Below, piece after piece: positions 24,072 to 37,100 of a DNA stretch of 64,000 nucleotides (its first letter is position 1; every line of letters starts with the position of its first letter). Source of the stretch: Pavona decussata. Its lineage: Eukaryota. Where the stretch lies: positions 5,084,001-5,148,000 of the forward strand of contig CDRNST010000093.1 of assembly GCA_977016875.1 (NCBI GenBank), given 5' to 3'. A program made the translations under genes and the position numbers. The notes beneath the pieces were generated by a model. That model was not told the origin of the DNA and made no database searches. It saw only the letters and a list, made by a program, of their open reading frames with translations.

Positions 24072-27000
24072 AGTAACAGTATTCACGGTGAGGTGAAGGT
24101 AGGGGATTTCAGGATCAGTTTAAATCAGTTCTCTTAGTGTTCTTCCCGGAGGATGCCCGATCAATCATGCAGGGAGGATTGCACCGGACTCGGTTTCGAT
24201 CAACTCTTTACCTTTTTCACATACGATGGATGCGTTAACTACTGAAGCAGCACCTCTTCTGCAGACATAAAACAAAATTTGTATCTCTTCTGGTCATGTC
24301 TCCAAGATAAATAAAAGCCTCATTTTTCCTGTCGCCAGAAACATCTTTGAGTTGTAATTTCTGCTAGGAATTTCTCCGGCTAAGTCAATGCTATAATTTC
24401 CGTAATACTTGGATACAATTTCTACCCTTTAGGTTCAATTCATAATCTAGTTTTGCGACCCTTTAAAATACGAAAATTTTAAATTTCATTACTGTTTTGC
24501 ATACTTCGCGTGTTACATAAACAGTCCTTTCTCTGGTGGAACCTTCCGGCAAAGCACACTTTTTGGAGCACCCCCCTCCCCCTCCCACCAACACACAAAA
24601 CGAGTAAAACCCGTTTTGCAAGATAAACAAAAGAAACAAGATAAACCTGTTTTAAGATCCTGTCGTACACAACCTTTATCTGCCCAATCCCTCTTCACAT
24701 AACCCTGTGCAGCTGGGGTTAGAAGAAGGGAAAGGGGAATTAATGAGTGAAGTGTTGACCAGTCCCTTCACTCCTTGCATAAAGAGGGATCTGAAAAGAT
24801 CGCAGAAGATAATTTGATTTAAAATAAAAGGAGCGTTTGCGTCGACATCCTTCAACAGTTGTTTCAGAACCTGTTACCCAGTCTCTCAGCAAATATATGA
24901 ATTTTTTTGAGTTGATTTATTATATTGGCTTTGACAAGATGTTCGAACAAAGCAATTTATTTCAGCCATAAATTCTTATTATCTATTACCGTGTGGCAGA
25001 TTTGACAAACAACTTGCAACTGCTGACGTTATCACCTTGTCGAAATGGTTGGATTCCGCATTCTTGAACACAATTGAAGATCCATAATGACGTATTTGCG
25101 TCCAGTAAGCTGGGCCATGTAATCTTTATTTTATTACCAATTTCAAAAGTGAGGATTAATCTACATGATACGTTGATGGCCCTAGCTATACTGAAGTGAG
25201 TTTGAGAGGAAAAATAGCATGATTATTTTTATATCTAGTTGATTGCTGGAGGTTTCTTCGCTTACTTGCTTGTAATTCGTTAACCTCGCGTTATTAAACA
25301 TGTAGATTAAGGGCGTCGACAAGATAATTTAGCTTCTTTTATTAAACTCGTGCAGAGCTATTTGGACAGCGTCTCTTTTGTCATTCAAGATCAAGTCCGC
25401 TACACAACAAAACCAAGTCGTTAAAATTACTCATCTCCAGCGCGTTTGGTTCCCTGATGGCGACAGTTTTGCCGAAATGGTAGCTTTTGAACAACATTTG
25501 AATTACCCCTCTTTTGCTAACTGATCCAGTCTTTGTAATACTCTGACTACTAACAGAGAGACAGCTGCAGTCAACGCATTAGCTTTGTAGTGTGAGCTAA
25601 ATCACCCATTAAAGATCTTCTCAAGAAAAAGTGCCGCTAACATCGTCACATTATGTAAGCAAAATGCTTGTTTTTTTTTTTATCAACTGAATTCTGGTAA
25701 ATTTATCAACTGCACTTGACCGTACAGCCTGTCATTTGATCAACAGGGGTGTTTCGTGACATATTCCATTATTTAAAGCAGTTTGCTTATTCTAAATATA
25801 AAGCACATGAATTTTAATATCGTATTGCAGATAATTTCCATTGCCATCTTTGACTTTCATTTTCGTCGCTGCATATTGACGCTCTGAGAGGTGACAATGT
25901 GAGGAGTGGGATATTGAGAGACCAAGCGGCACACATAAGGTGAGGTTGGTATCTACATGAACAAAATGACTTAATTGCTATGCAAGAAATATTCCATCAA
26001 ACTTACATATTCTGAATATTCTTAACAACCACGAGGACATCGATTACTGAGCTTACTCGCCCGCTCAGGAGAATCAAAGGCGCTAGACAAAGCCAGATTG
26101 AACGATTTTACTCGGGACTTCTGCAACTTGAACGTCTGCTAATAGTGTCTAAAATCTCCTACATTTTACAATCTTTTCAGTAATAAATTAATGTTTTGAA
26201 CTTGGGTACATAAATCTTTCAACATGTTTCCTCGAGTCTGACAAAACAAATTGCCGAGAACGATTAAATCATTTTTTTCGTGAAATCGTTTGCATACCCA
26301 GTGTTCATACTATGTATTATCGGTTTTTTATTTATTGAGCTTTGCCAAAGGGAGAAGAAATTACAAATATATTCTACACTGTTTCATTTTAAAGGTCACA
26401 ACACCGCTTAGCCTATGTGTTTATGTTTCTCTCATCGATCTCTTAGCAACTATTACGTGCTAATTTTGTAGGCAATTCAACGTTTCCAGCTTTATCTGAA
26501 ATTTGTGGTTAATTTTCAAATTCAGGGTAACACGACACCAGTGTCTTCTTTTTTTTAAAAAAAAAATTAACGACTCAATGTAACATTTTGCGCGATTTCC
26601 AGAGTATTACTCCAATGCATGTTTACTTAAATAATTCTGTCACTCCATGTCTGTTTTATATATGAGCCAGGTGTAGTTGACATGACGTTACGAAACCTGA
26701 ATTAGCAAAATCCTTATTGGAGAGATTGATTGCTTCGTTCCCGGCACACTTCTATGTCCCCAGCTTCAAATAATTGTCTTTGTCATCCTCGGTAGGATAG
26801 CTCTGTCCCTCGATTCGATTCGATTTTGTGCCCGGGAATAACCTACTTTCTTTGTTTTCGTTCCAGTCGTAACATTTATCGACAGAAACAAAGCAAAAAA
26901 CACACTTAAAGCAAGAGTCGTGAGGAACAGAAATCGCAACTTAAGGCGTTGGCTGAGGCATGTGACTTGCAAGAAAGTTATTTTAAGAAACGCTGGCGTA

Positions 27001-28182
27001 CATGGAAACACAGTTCCGGTTCCATTGAGTTAACAGAGCGGCGCTAAATGACCGCCTTTAAAATATTCAATTCTTAATTTAGCGATAGGACCATGCACGA
27101 AAGCGCTCAATTGAGTTCCACTCGGGTGAGCTGTATTGCAATGGTTTTGGATGAGGTCTATCAAAGTAGCTTTTACAAATCGTGGAATTAGGGCCTTGAC
27201 ATCAGGTATAATTCTGCCCTTTTGGACAAACAGCGCTTTTGAGTGATTTACATTGTACTTTACGAGATGTGGCGCTAACTTGTGACCTTAGGGTAATTTG
27301 TTGCTATTCCAGTTTCTATATTCTAAGTAATCTACAGGGGACTAAACTCTGCTTCATTCACCCTTTCAACCCCTCAGCCTCAACAATGACTAACATAAAA
27401 CGCCTCTTTTCAGTATTCCACCTTCATCAAACGTAAAGTCATACGTAGATACAGAAAGAGAAAACCAAAAATGTAATGTGTCGATGTTTAAACAAATCGT
27501 CCTTACTAGAAACATGAGAAACATATTGAGAACATTTAAGAGAATATAGGTGCTGCTCCTTGGGATTTATAGTTCAAAATGCTTTGATCCTTTCGTTTGT
27601 CCTTATGTTGAATCGCCATGAAATAAGACATAACAACTAAAAAAAAACTTTCAGGATTCTGAGCCTTTTTTAAAAGTAATTTTGTAAGTCAAGGGTTATG
27701 TTCAGCTCTATGTTCAGAACATTTTCCGTCGGAAATTATTTGTGAATTGGTGCGCTCGTTGGAAAGTTGTAAGGCCTTGATTTTCAAAATTTTACTTCTG
27801 AAAACGTCGCTGCGGTGAAAACTGTTTGCCTGTTTGACGTTCAATCAAATATCAAAGTATTTAAGTTTTCAGTCAATGCTTAAACGACGAATCGATTCCG
27901 GTTTTCCGGCAGCCACTGTTTCTGCTTGTGCCTGCCCTTGCGTTTTTTCCGCTTGCCAAAGAACTCTTCTGTTTCATCAAAGTTAAAAACCAGCTTTTAA
28001 CGTGGAGAGATTACTCTAACGACCGAACGCATTTTAATTTGAACACCTTTTCATAAGTGCTAAACGAGGAGTATTCCTCTAGCGCCATAATTGCCGGGAA
28101 GTTATCTGATCGTTGACTTAACCAAACTTATATTTGCAGGTGAGGTAGAAACCGGTTAAAACCATATCGACCGGTTGAAACA

Positions 28183-31100
28183 ATGGGGATCATTCTGTCT
28201 AAGAAGAAAAAAAAAAGCCAGCAGAGTTTTCAGGTATATATGAGCTTACTGATAAAGTTTGGTTAGGTCTTTGGACGAAAATCAATGTCCGTTTGCCAAC
28301 ATATCACTTACAATGGCTAATTGTGTCGAGTTCCCTTTCAAGCAAATAATAGTAGACTTTTGTTTTAGTACGATAGTTAGAGTCCAACTTCTTTGCAAGA
28401 AAGTCGTGTAAAGTAAATAATGTAGAGTTTTTTTTTTAAAATTGTGTACAACTCAGTGTTAAAGTCTATAGACATTGTACCACAACTTATCTTAAGTAAG
28501 AAGAACTAATACTATCCCTAAGAGTAATCAAAAGTTTGTCTGCCTGAAGACAGCATCTTTTTGAATATGGCTCTGTATTCTGAAGCTTGTAAGGCAAGTG
28601 TCTCTAAATCCAGTTGCCCAAGAATATGTGTAGATCGTACATCGTAACCCTTAAAAGCAGTAATTCGTGCGGCTCGATTTTGCAGTTTTTAGAGTCTGTA
28701 GCAAACCCCTTAGTCTAGATTGCCCCAGACAACATCGCAACAATCGAAAACAGGCTGATTAAAGATTTAAAAATGATATTCAGGATATCCATAGGTACAC
28801 CACCAAGTGCCTGTTTTAGACCATTTATATTTATCGGTTTACTTAAGCACAAAGCTTATCAACATGGTCTTTCCATTTAAGGTTTTTGTCAAGGTGAACT
28901 CCAAGATATTTTGTGTTCTGAACCGAACTCGTTTAAATTCGTTCTCACCAATCATAATTGGAAAAATCTACCTACATTGGACAACTTGATACATATATTT
29001 GGTTTTTGTCATATTGAACCAGAGTTTGTTTGCTTAGAGTGTGTATCAGAGAGAGAGAGAGAGAGAGAGATCACTGGATTTGTTTAACATTAGTTACTCT
29101 TTTCTAACGTATACCCTATCAGACGTTTGCAGTGTGCTCCCGCTCTTTCTTTTGCTCTTGTTATGCTCTACAACTGAACAAGGAGAGAATAAAAGCCAGG
29201 CCAACTACAGTGAGCAAATTATTGGTGATTGAATTGTTGCTTTTATTTTGGGCTGTCTACATGCAGGTTGCTTATCCTCAAATACAACAGAATGAGACTC
29301 CCATCAATCAGGACAGAGAAGAATCTGAAGAGAACCAGGAGGAACGTGACAGCGATAGTGACAAGAACTCCACTGAACGGAACGAGGACGATGAAACACA
29401 ATCGGACAAGAGTTCTGGAGTTCTGAGTTTAGGAATGAAGGAAGACAGCGACAATGACGACGATGAACTGGACAAGAAAAGTAGACGGAGTTCTTCAGCA
29501 GGAAGCAAAAGAAGTAGCTCGTCACGAGAAGAGGAGGCCAAAGACGAACAGGACGAGAAACCGGACGAGGACAAAGCTGAAGATGCTGGCGAGGATGAAG
29601 TTGCAGATAACTTGAGCTATGAAGAGAAAGTGAAGAAGGCCTTGACGGGAGACATGAACTTCAATTACCCAGAAAAAGTTAAAATTGTCAGAGTATTTAC
29701 AAGCTCTACCTTTACAGGTACATTGCGAAATCTGCGTTTAGATATGTTCAGTAAAACGCGCCTGAAACTATTAACTGATTTAAAACTGGTCATAGCAAAG
29801 GCGGCGCCCATTACAATTGTTATGTAAAACACTGCTGAAACAACGCTTTCTAATATGACACTATTTAAATTCACTCAAGATATCTCCTTGGCAGTTAACT
29901 TACTCCATAGCTTAGGGCCTCAGTACCTTAGCGAATGTTTCTCATATATTACCGTTTTAATTCTTGGTGGCAAAAAGTTAGATTGGTTGGCTTAATTGAA
30001 ATGTAGAGTCACATTGAGTCCTCACAACAGAAACGTTAAACCTATGGTATAAACCGAAGTACAAAGATGTAACGTTAATGCAAATTTCCAGTTTCCATAG
30101 ACACTCCATCCTCGGAGACATAGGGGTTTTAATTCGTCTCGTCTCGACTTACTGCCCCTTGGCATCCGAAGATGGAAAGATAGACTCCTAACGAATTAAA
30201 AGACCTCTGAAACGGTGTTGATGATTAAGGCTCGAGACAAACGCGTCCCTGGATTACATATGCTGTTTGTACTAATAACCATATGCTTTTGATTCTTATC
30301 TTAACTTTTTAGACACATCTGTGGAACGTAACACCCTAATGGAGCGAGTATACCCTCGATTGAAGTCATACTGTCAAGAAAGAGGCTATGACTTCCAAGT
30401 GGTGGACATGAGATGGGGAGTCCGGGACGAGTCCACTGATGATCACATGACCACTGAACTCTGCATGAGGGAGCTGCGCGCATGTCAGAAGCTGTCAACT
30501 GGACCCAACTTCATTGTAAGTTAACGAAAGCATAATTCAATTATTTCTGGGTTATTTTATGGTTTCTGAACAACATTTAATGTTTATCTTATCAGACCTT
30601 CTTGGGACAGAAGTATGGCTATCGACCCTTTCCGGTCAAGATCGTTGCTTCTGAGTTCGAGAAGCTTCTTGGAGCAGTTGAAAATAAAGACGATCAACAA
30701 CTGCTCACAAACTGGTTCTGGCGAGATGACAACACAGTTCCCGCCCAATATCTCTTGCAACCAATCACATCACTGCTGCCTCACTATCGTGACTATGAGA
30801 ACAATGACTTACGTAAGAACGCGTCCGCTGATTGGTGGACAGCGTTTGAGAGAATGCAGGTTGTTTTGAGGATGGCAGCTGACAAGGGTTTGGATAAAGA
30901 AAGCGAGCGACACAAATACTATATGTCAGGTTTGTTTCTGAAAGAAAGTGAATATATGAAAATTTATACATTTGAACTGCTGAAGAAAGAATGAATAAGT
31001 GTATGATCATCGAAGTTATACACGCAACGTTTAAGCAGTTGTAAAAAGAAAGCCTGAAAGGCTTTCTTTTCGCAACTGCTTAAGTTGAGTATATAACTGC

Positions 31101-34100
31101 GATGATCATTCACTTCTGCAACTTTATCATCTATTTAATACTAAGGTGAGACGTACCGTGAAGAGGTGATACGTCAAGAGTAGTGAAGAGTATTCTAATG
31201 TTAGGGTTAGGGTTAGGACACAGGAAGGATCCCTTTTATGTATACGTGTATATACGTTAATGCACCTTATGCATAGTTTGTGCGTGAATGCGGTCCTTTG
31301 TCCTGACCTTATCCGGTCGGGAGTTTGAAATTCGGGATGAATATACATGCAGATGTCAGTAACCAGTTCTTCGTCTTCATTCATGAAGGATGAACAATAA
31401 CATATAATTTTTTTTCCTCTATTAACAGACCACTTACATATATTTTTTTTCCTTTAGTGACAGAAGATGAAATCCGTAGAGGTATCATAAATGCCGTTGA
31501 CCAAGAGAAGCGCTGTTTCTGGTTTAAAAGGGTCATCACCGACATCGGTGATAACATGGGAGACTCCAACGCTGGCAAATTTGTCGACAAAACCTGGGGG
31601 AATCCCTCCACTGTGGATGAACCTGCCCAGCAGCTGCTCAACAAGCTCCGAGAAAAGGACCTTCCCGAAGTGTTGCCCAGCAGTAACATCATTCAGTACA
31701 ACGTTAAGTGGCACAACAATGGTATAGATCCAAGTGCCTCACAAGAACATGCCCAGTACATTGAAAAAATTTGTACTGACTTTCACGACGCACTAACGGA
31801 AAAAATAAATCGAGGTATTGAAGAAGACAAGTCGATTCACACTGAGGATCCTTTAACCGATGAGATATTCCAACACGGAACGTTCTGTAAGAAGAAATGC
31901 GAGTTATTTCACGGCCGTCACGAGTTTTTGACGACCGTTAAAGAGAAGGTGAAGAAAGACCAAATCGCTGTGTTGTTTGGGGAATCCGGATGTGGAAAGA
32001 CTTCCTTGATGGCTAAGATTGCGATGGAAGTAAAGAAATGGTTGGATACAGAAGAGGCTACCGTTGTTGTTCGATTTATCGGGACAACTCCAGATTCATC
32101 AGATGTGCGATCCCTGATACGTAGTATCTGCCAACAGATCTGTAAGGCAAATGTCGCAGAAGACTCAGAAGAAAAAACCGTGCCACAGGTAAACGAATAC
32201 AGTAAAATCTCGCGAGTAAGTACCTGAAGTTTTGGAACCTGTTAGACTAAAATTTCTAATTTCAACACCCTTTAAAGCCTTAAATCTAAATCAGGTTCTT
32301 ATTTATAACTTAAATAAAATATAGCATATGAAAAGGCCAATATTTCGTATCCTCTAATTAGTTATAGTAAATACAAAAAACTTGACTTATTTAGGTGAAA
32401 CAATTAAGTCGTTCTGTATAACAATATTGTGTCAGTTAAGGCTGGACTGTTCAAAGTGCCATATTGTTTTCACTCTATACTAGAGAGTACACGTATTTTG
32501 TTATCAAGAAAAATGAGAATGTGTTTATGAACCTATATAGCCTACATTTCTGTTAAACACCATTTATATAAGAATCTGTTGAGGCTAACTTGAAAAAAAA
32601 ACGGTTTTTACTTGCGGGTTTATATAGAGTACAGAAGTGCCTCAGAGTAATTGTGTTAAACGTTTGCAGCAACATGTTACTGGGGCGTTTGTGACTCACA
32701 CCTTTGTCTTATAAATTGATTTTCTTTTCAGGATATTCGATCCCTGCTTGAGTTTTTTCCGAAATGTTTGGAGGAGAATGCATTGTCTTCCAGCCCCACG
32801 GTGCTTATCGTTGACTCGCTGGATCAGTTATCAGATGATGATGCAGGAAGAGAGTTGGATTGGCTTCCAAAGCAGCTACCAGACAACGTTTACATTATCT
32901 TGTCAACACTTCCTGGAGAGGAGTACGTCTGTTTACCCAAACTGCAAGTATGAGACTTTATTAAACGCTTTTCCGAAGCTCTTGTCTGTTCAGTTTGGTA
33001 TTTTAGCTCCGTATTTTGCTTCAGATGTTTCGAATGAACGTCTCGCACACTATGTTTTCTCGTTGACGATATTGAGAGATGACGAGATTAGTTTCATGTT
33101 CTATGTCAAGGATGCAAAAAAACTGATAATGAAAGACGAAGCCACTTCGGGCTACAATGACGTTCTTGCAACTGTCTTCTGATGAACTTTGCTGTTCATC
33201 ATATACACGGTGTAACTGATTGATGAAAGCAATAAATAACTCACGAAAATCGGTGTTAATCTGGAAAACAATTGATACCAATTAATTAATCGATTAATAT
33301 CGGTAATCGATGAAAGACATTTTTGTGATTTTTTATCGATTAGAAATCGATCATCCATGATGGTCATTGACTAGTGTTAATTGTTATTGATTATTATCGA
33401 TTATCTTCACCTCTCCCTTTAATTAATCTAAATCCAATCAATGAAATGGTCGTTGTAGTATCTATTGAACGTTAACACGATCTTCCATTGTTGTTGATGT
33501 TGTTGGTGCCAACGAAACAGAAAAAATGTTATTTAGATAGTTTAAGTATAATCTTGTTATACAATTTATGTTCCATTTGCAGGAAAAATACGACAATGCG
33601 GTCCTCTTAGAAGTTCCAAAGATGCCTGTCGACACTGCAAAAGAAATACTTGACAATTGGCTGAAATCATCGGGACGAGTGCTGCAGAGTGAGCAAGAAA
33701 AAATCGTTTTAGAAGCATTCAAAGAGTGCCCATTGCCCTTGTACTTGAAGTTGTCCTTTGACGAAGCCTGTCGTTGGAAATCGTATACGCCTCTTGAAGA
33801 CACCAGGCTGGCTCCAACAATCAAAGGGATTATTCATGACCTACTTGACAGGGTAGAGAGACTCCATGGGAAAGTCCTAGTCAGCCAAGCTTTAGCTTAC
33901 GTCACCGCGTCCAAGAATGGCTTGACAGAACCCGAGTTAGAAGACATCTTATCACTAGACGACGTAGTTCTTAATGATGTATATCAGTACTGGACACCCC
34001 CCATTCGACGGTTGCCACCCCTGTTATGGATCCGAATACGGTCGGACATTGGCGACTACCTCATTGACCGAGGTGCAGACGGTGCACGAGTTATATACTG

Positions 34101-37100
34101 GTATCATCGCCAGTTCATCGAGGTGGCCCGCGAGCGATACCTTGGAGCAAAACAAGCAGTCGGAATTCACTCAAACATAAGTGAATACTTCCTTGGAAAA
34201 TGGTCAGATGGTACAAAGAAGCCTTTTGCAGACAAAAGTGGGAAAAAAATGTCCATGGACCGTCTGATACCAAAACATCCACTTATGTTCGATGCGAATG
34301 ATGAGAAACCCATTTTTAATCTGCGCAAGCTAAGTGAGCTTCCTTATCATCTCTTGTACTCTGATCAACTCCAAACGCTTAAGGAGGAAACTCTGTTTAA
34401 TTTCGAATTCCTCCTGGCAAAAGTTCAAGCCACGTCCGTGGAAGCGCTGCAACAAGACTTCAACGCTGCCATTACCGTTCATCCTGATGACAAAGAGTTC
34501 GATCTCCTAAGTAAGTGGCTCGGGTTGTCCTCATTAGCACTCCGGGAAGACCCTCGTCAGCTGCCAATCCAGCTAATAGGTCGCTTATACAAGTACACGA
34601 AGCAGGAACAATACCCATTCTTGAAAAAGCTGTTGGAAGCTGCAAAAACACCATCTATTCCCGCTTTCATTCCAAAACAACAATGCCTGACGCCTACTGG
34701 GGGATCTCTGGTTAACTCGATTTCATACGAAGAGTTCCATGGTGGCATCGAGTACGTGAATTTCACGAGTAATTCCAAAACAGTAGTTACCTGTAACCGC
34801 GGTTCGGAAGGGCTTTGCCTCCTCTATATCGATATAAAAAGCGGAAGAAGGCAAAGGAAGGTTTGCTTTGACGTATCTGGAACGGATGTGAATTCTTGCT
34901 TTTGTGCTAAGATCAGCTCAAAGAACGACGATATCTTTCTGGCATCGGGATCCTCAGCCAATATGTTCCTCATCAACGCGAAGACTAACAAAATCTTGCA
35001 GGAATATCATCCGATGAAGAACGAACGCAACTGGTTTAGAAGCTTTCCTTCAGTTGCATTTGCAAGCGATGATGAGCTGTTGGTTGCCCTTGGGGATGCC
35101 AGTGTGCGAGTCTGGGAGACTGAGAGTGGAAAGCTTTTACATGAGATACCTGTTTCTGGAATCAATGTTGAAGAACAATTTGGTTCTTTGGATGCGAAGG
35201 GAGAAATGGCGGTCTACTGTGTCCATGGAAAGAAGACTGTTCACGTTCTTAATGTCAAAACTGGAAAGACAATTTGTAAGGTAAGTCTGAAATAATTTTA
35301 ATCTAATCTTTTACCTATCACCTTATGCAGAAGTAATCACCTTATGAGAAGTAAGCAGCATCTCTGTAACCTTACTTCTTTGGTATGCAAGCAATCTAGG
35401 GTATAATGCATGGGGTTAGGCGTCAGAACTACATGATATGTATCGCCGGTTTGACTCTGGCAGATAAAGGATTAAACGTTTGCACCTATTTGTACAAATG
35501 ACGAAGTTGTAAAAGCTTGATTAAATGATACTGGCAAATTCTTTACCGTGTCATTCTCTTCTATTTACTGTTACCCCTATCCACAAGCTGGTAGTTTTGC
35601 TTATTTTAAACGACTATCGGGATTTAAATGATATTTAGTTTAAATAATTTAACTAGCAGAGCTCTTCAACCACTATTATAAATTCTTCTTCCCCCTATTT
35701 TATTTAACTGCACAGAGGTAGTGGCCAACACGAAAGCCTTGCTCCTTTGGCCACTACGCACTTCCTCCGTAAAAGTAAAATCATTAAGTAAATGCTCTGT
35801 ACGTTGAAAAATTTTTTTCCTACTGTAAAATATTTGTATTTCGTTGTAATAAGTGTGAATAAAATTGAATTGAATTGAATTGAATTGAGTTTACAGGGAA
35901 TTTAAATTATTGATGCTGTATTCAGTGTGCCTTATTTTTCTAATTTTTTTAATTTTTTCTATCACATCCTCAGATAAATGTAGATGTGGGAAAGGAAAAA
36001 GTCATGGAAAAGTGGGAAGAACGAAAAGTTAGAGAGATACACCTGACCTCCAGACTCCAGCTACTGGTGGTGGCAGAGGGTACTCTGACGTCAAAGCTAA
36101 AATTGTACGATCCTGCAACTGGTAAGCACATCTCAGACATTCCGGACTTTGGCATCGGGCAGCATGATCGCCTCGTAGTCACTGAGGACGGAAGGGCGGC
36201 GATCGCCATCAGAAACCACTATGAACTCGTTCGATGGGATTTTGACACTGGCAACGCGACTGTGGTTGCTAGGTTACAACCAGGCTTTGGAACGTACGGG
36301 CGCAAGGGAGATTTTGTGGCGACTGCTGGGTCCGATGGAGTCCTCAGAGTTTACGATGCTAGAGAGAGTGTTGATGAAGATGAAACAGACGACGCTGCCA
36401 TTACTGACGGTTTTGCTGATTCAACATGGATGCTGACAGGTGCAGCTGACAATCGTCACGTGATCGCTAGCTGCACAGTGAAGATGATGCCCGAGATTGC
36501 TGTGTGGGATGCACTGGCTGGAATCAAAGTCCGTTCTATCAAAGCGTTGAATTTCCCTCAACCACTGCGCATGTTAAATGACAAGATAGGCGTTGGAAGA
36601 ATTGCTGTGGGAGAGTCTACCAAAAAAAATTTTGATCACTACAAAGTACTGGACTTTGACCAGGCGAAAACGCTCCGTGCGCTGCAAGGGAAGTCGAGCA
36701 AGAGGATGGAGGCCGTTGGCTTTATTGACAAACAGAAACTTATCGGGTTGTCTCAGGGAAGACGGAACTTGAAGGTTTGGGACGTGGAAACTGGAAAGGT
36801 GAGATAACACTAATGTCATGGACTGGACCGGTGTCTAGATTCTCCACTTAACAGCACACCTTAAGGATCGGTAAAGGGCTCATTTTATGGTCCCCAGTCC
36901 TTGACCATTCAGGCGTGGGACACTTATAATTGAGTTCAAAACGCTTCAGGCCACTGAGACCCCCGCCACTCGATCAGCCATGCTACGTAAACAGGTTTAC
37001 TAATTAAGTGGTCGGTGGTGGAGGCTTCACGGCTCTAAATTATGAGATTCACTGTTATACATAAACTAAGGCCTCTTTAGCTGAATGATGGGGTTTAAAA

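Noticed and set aside
31201-31217. TTAGGG repeats as a telomere or fusion relic
   Set aside because: Fewer than three full units inside an intronic repeat fragment; not informative.
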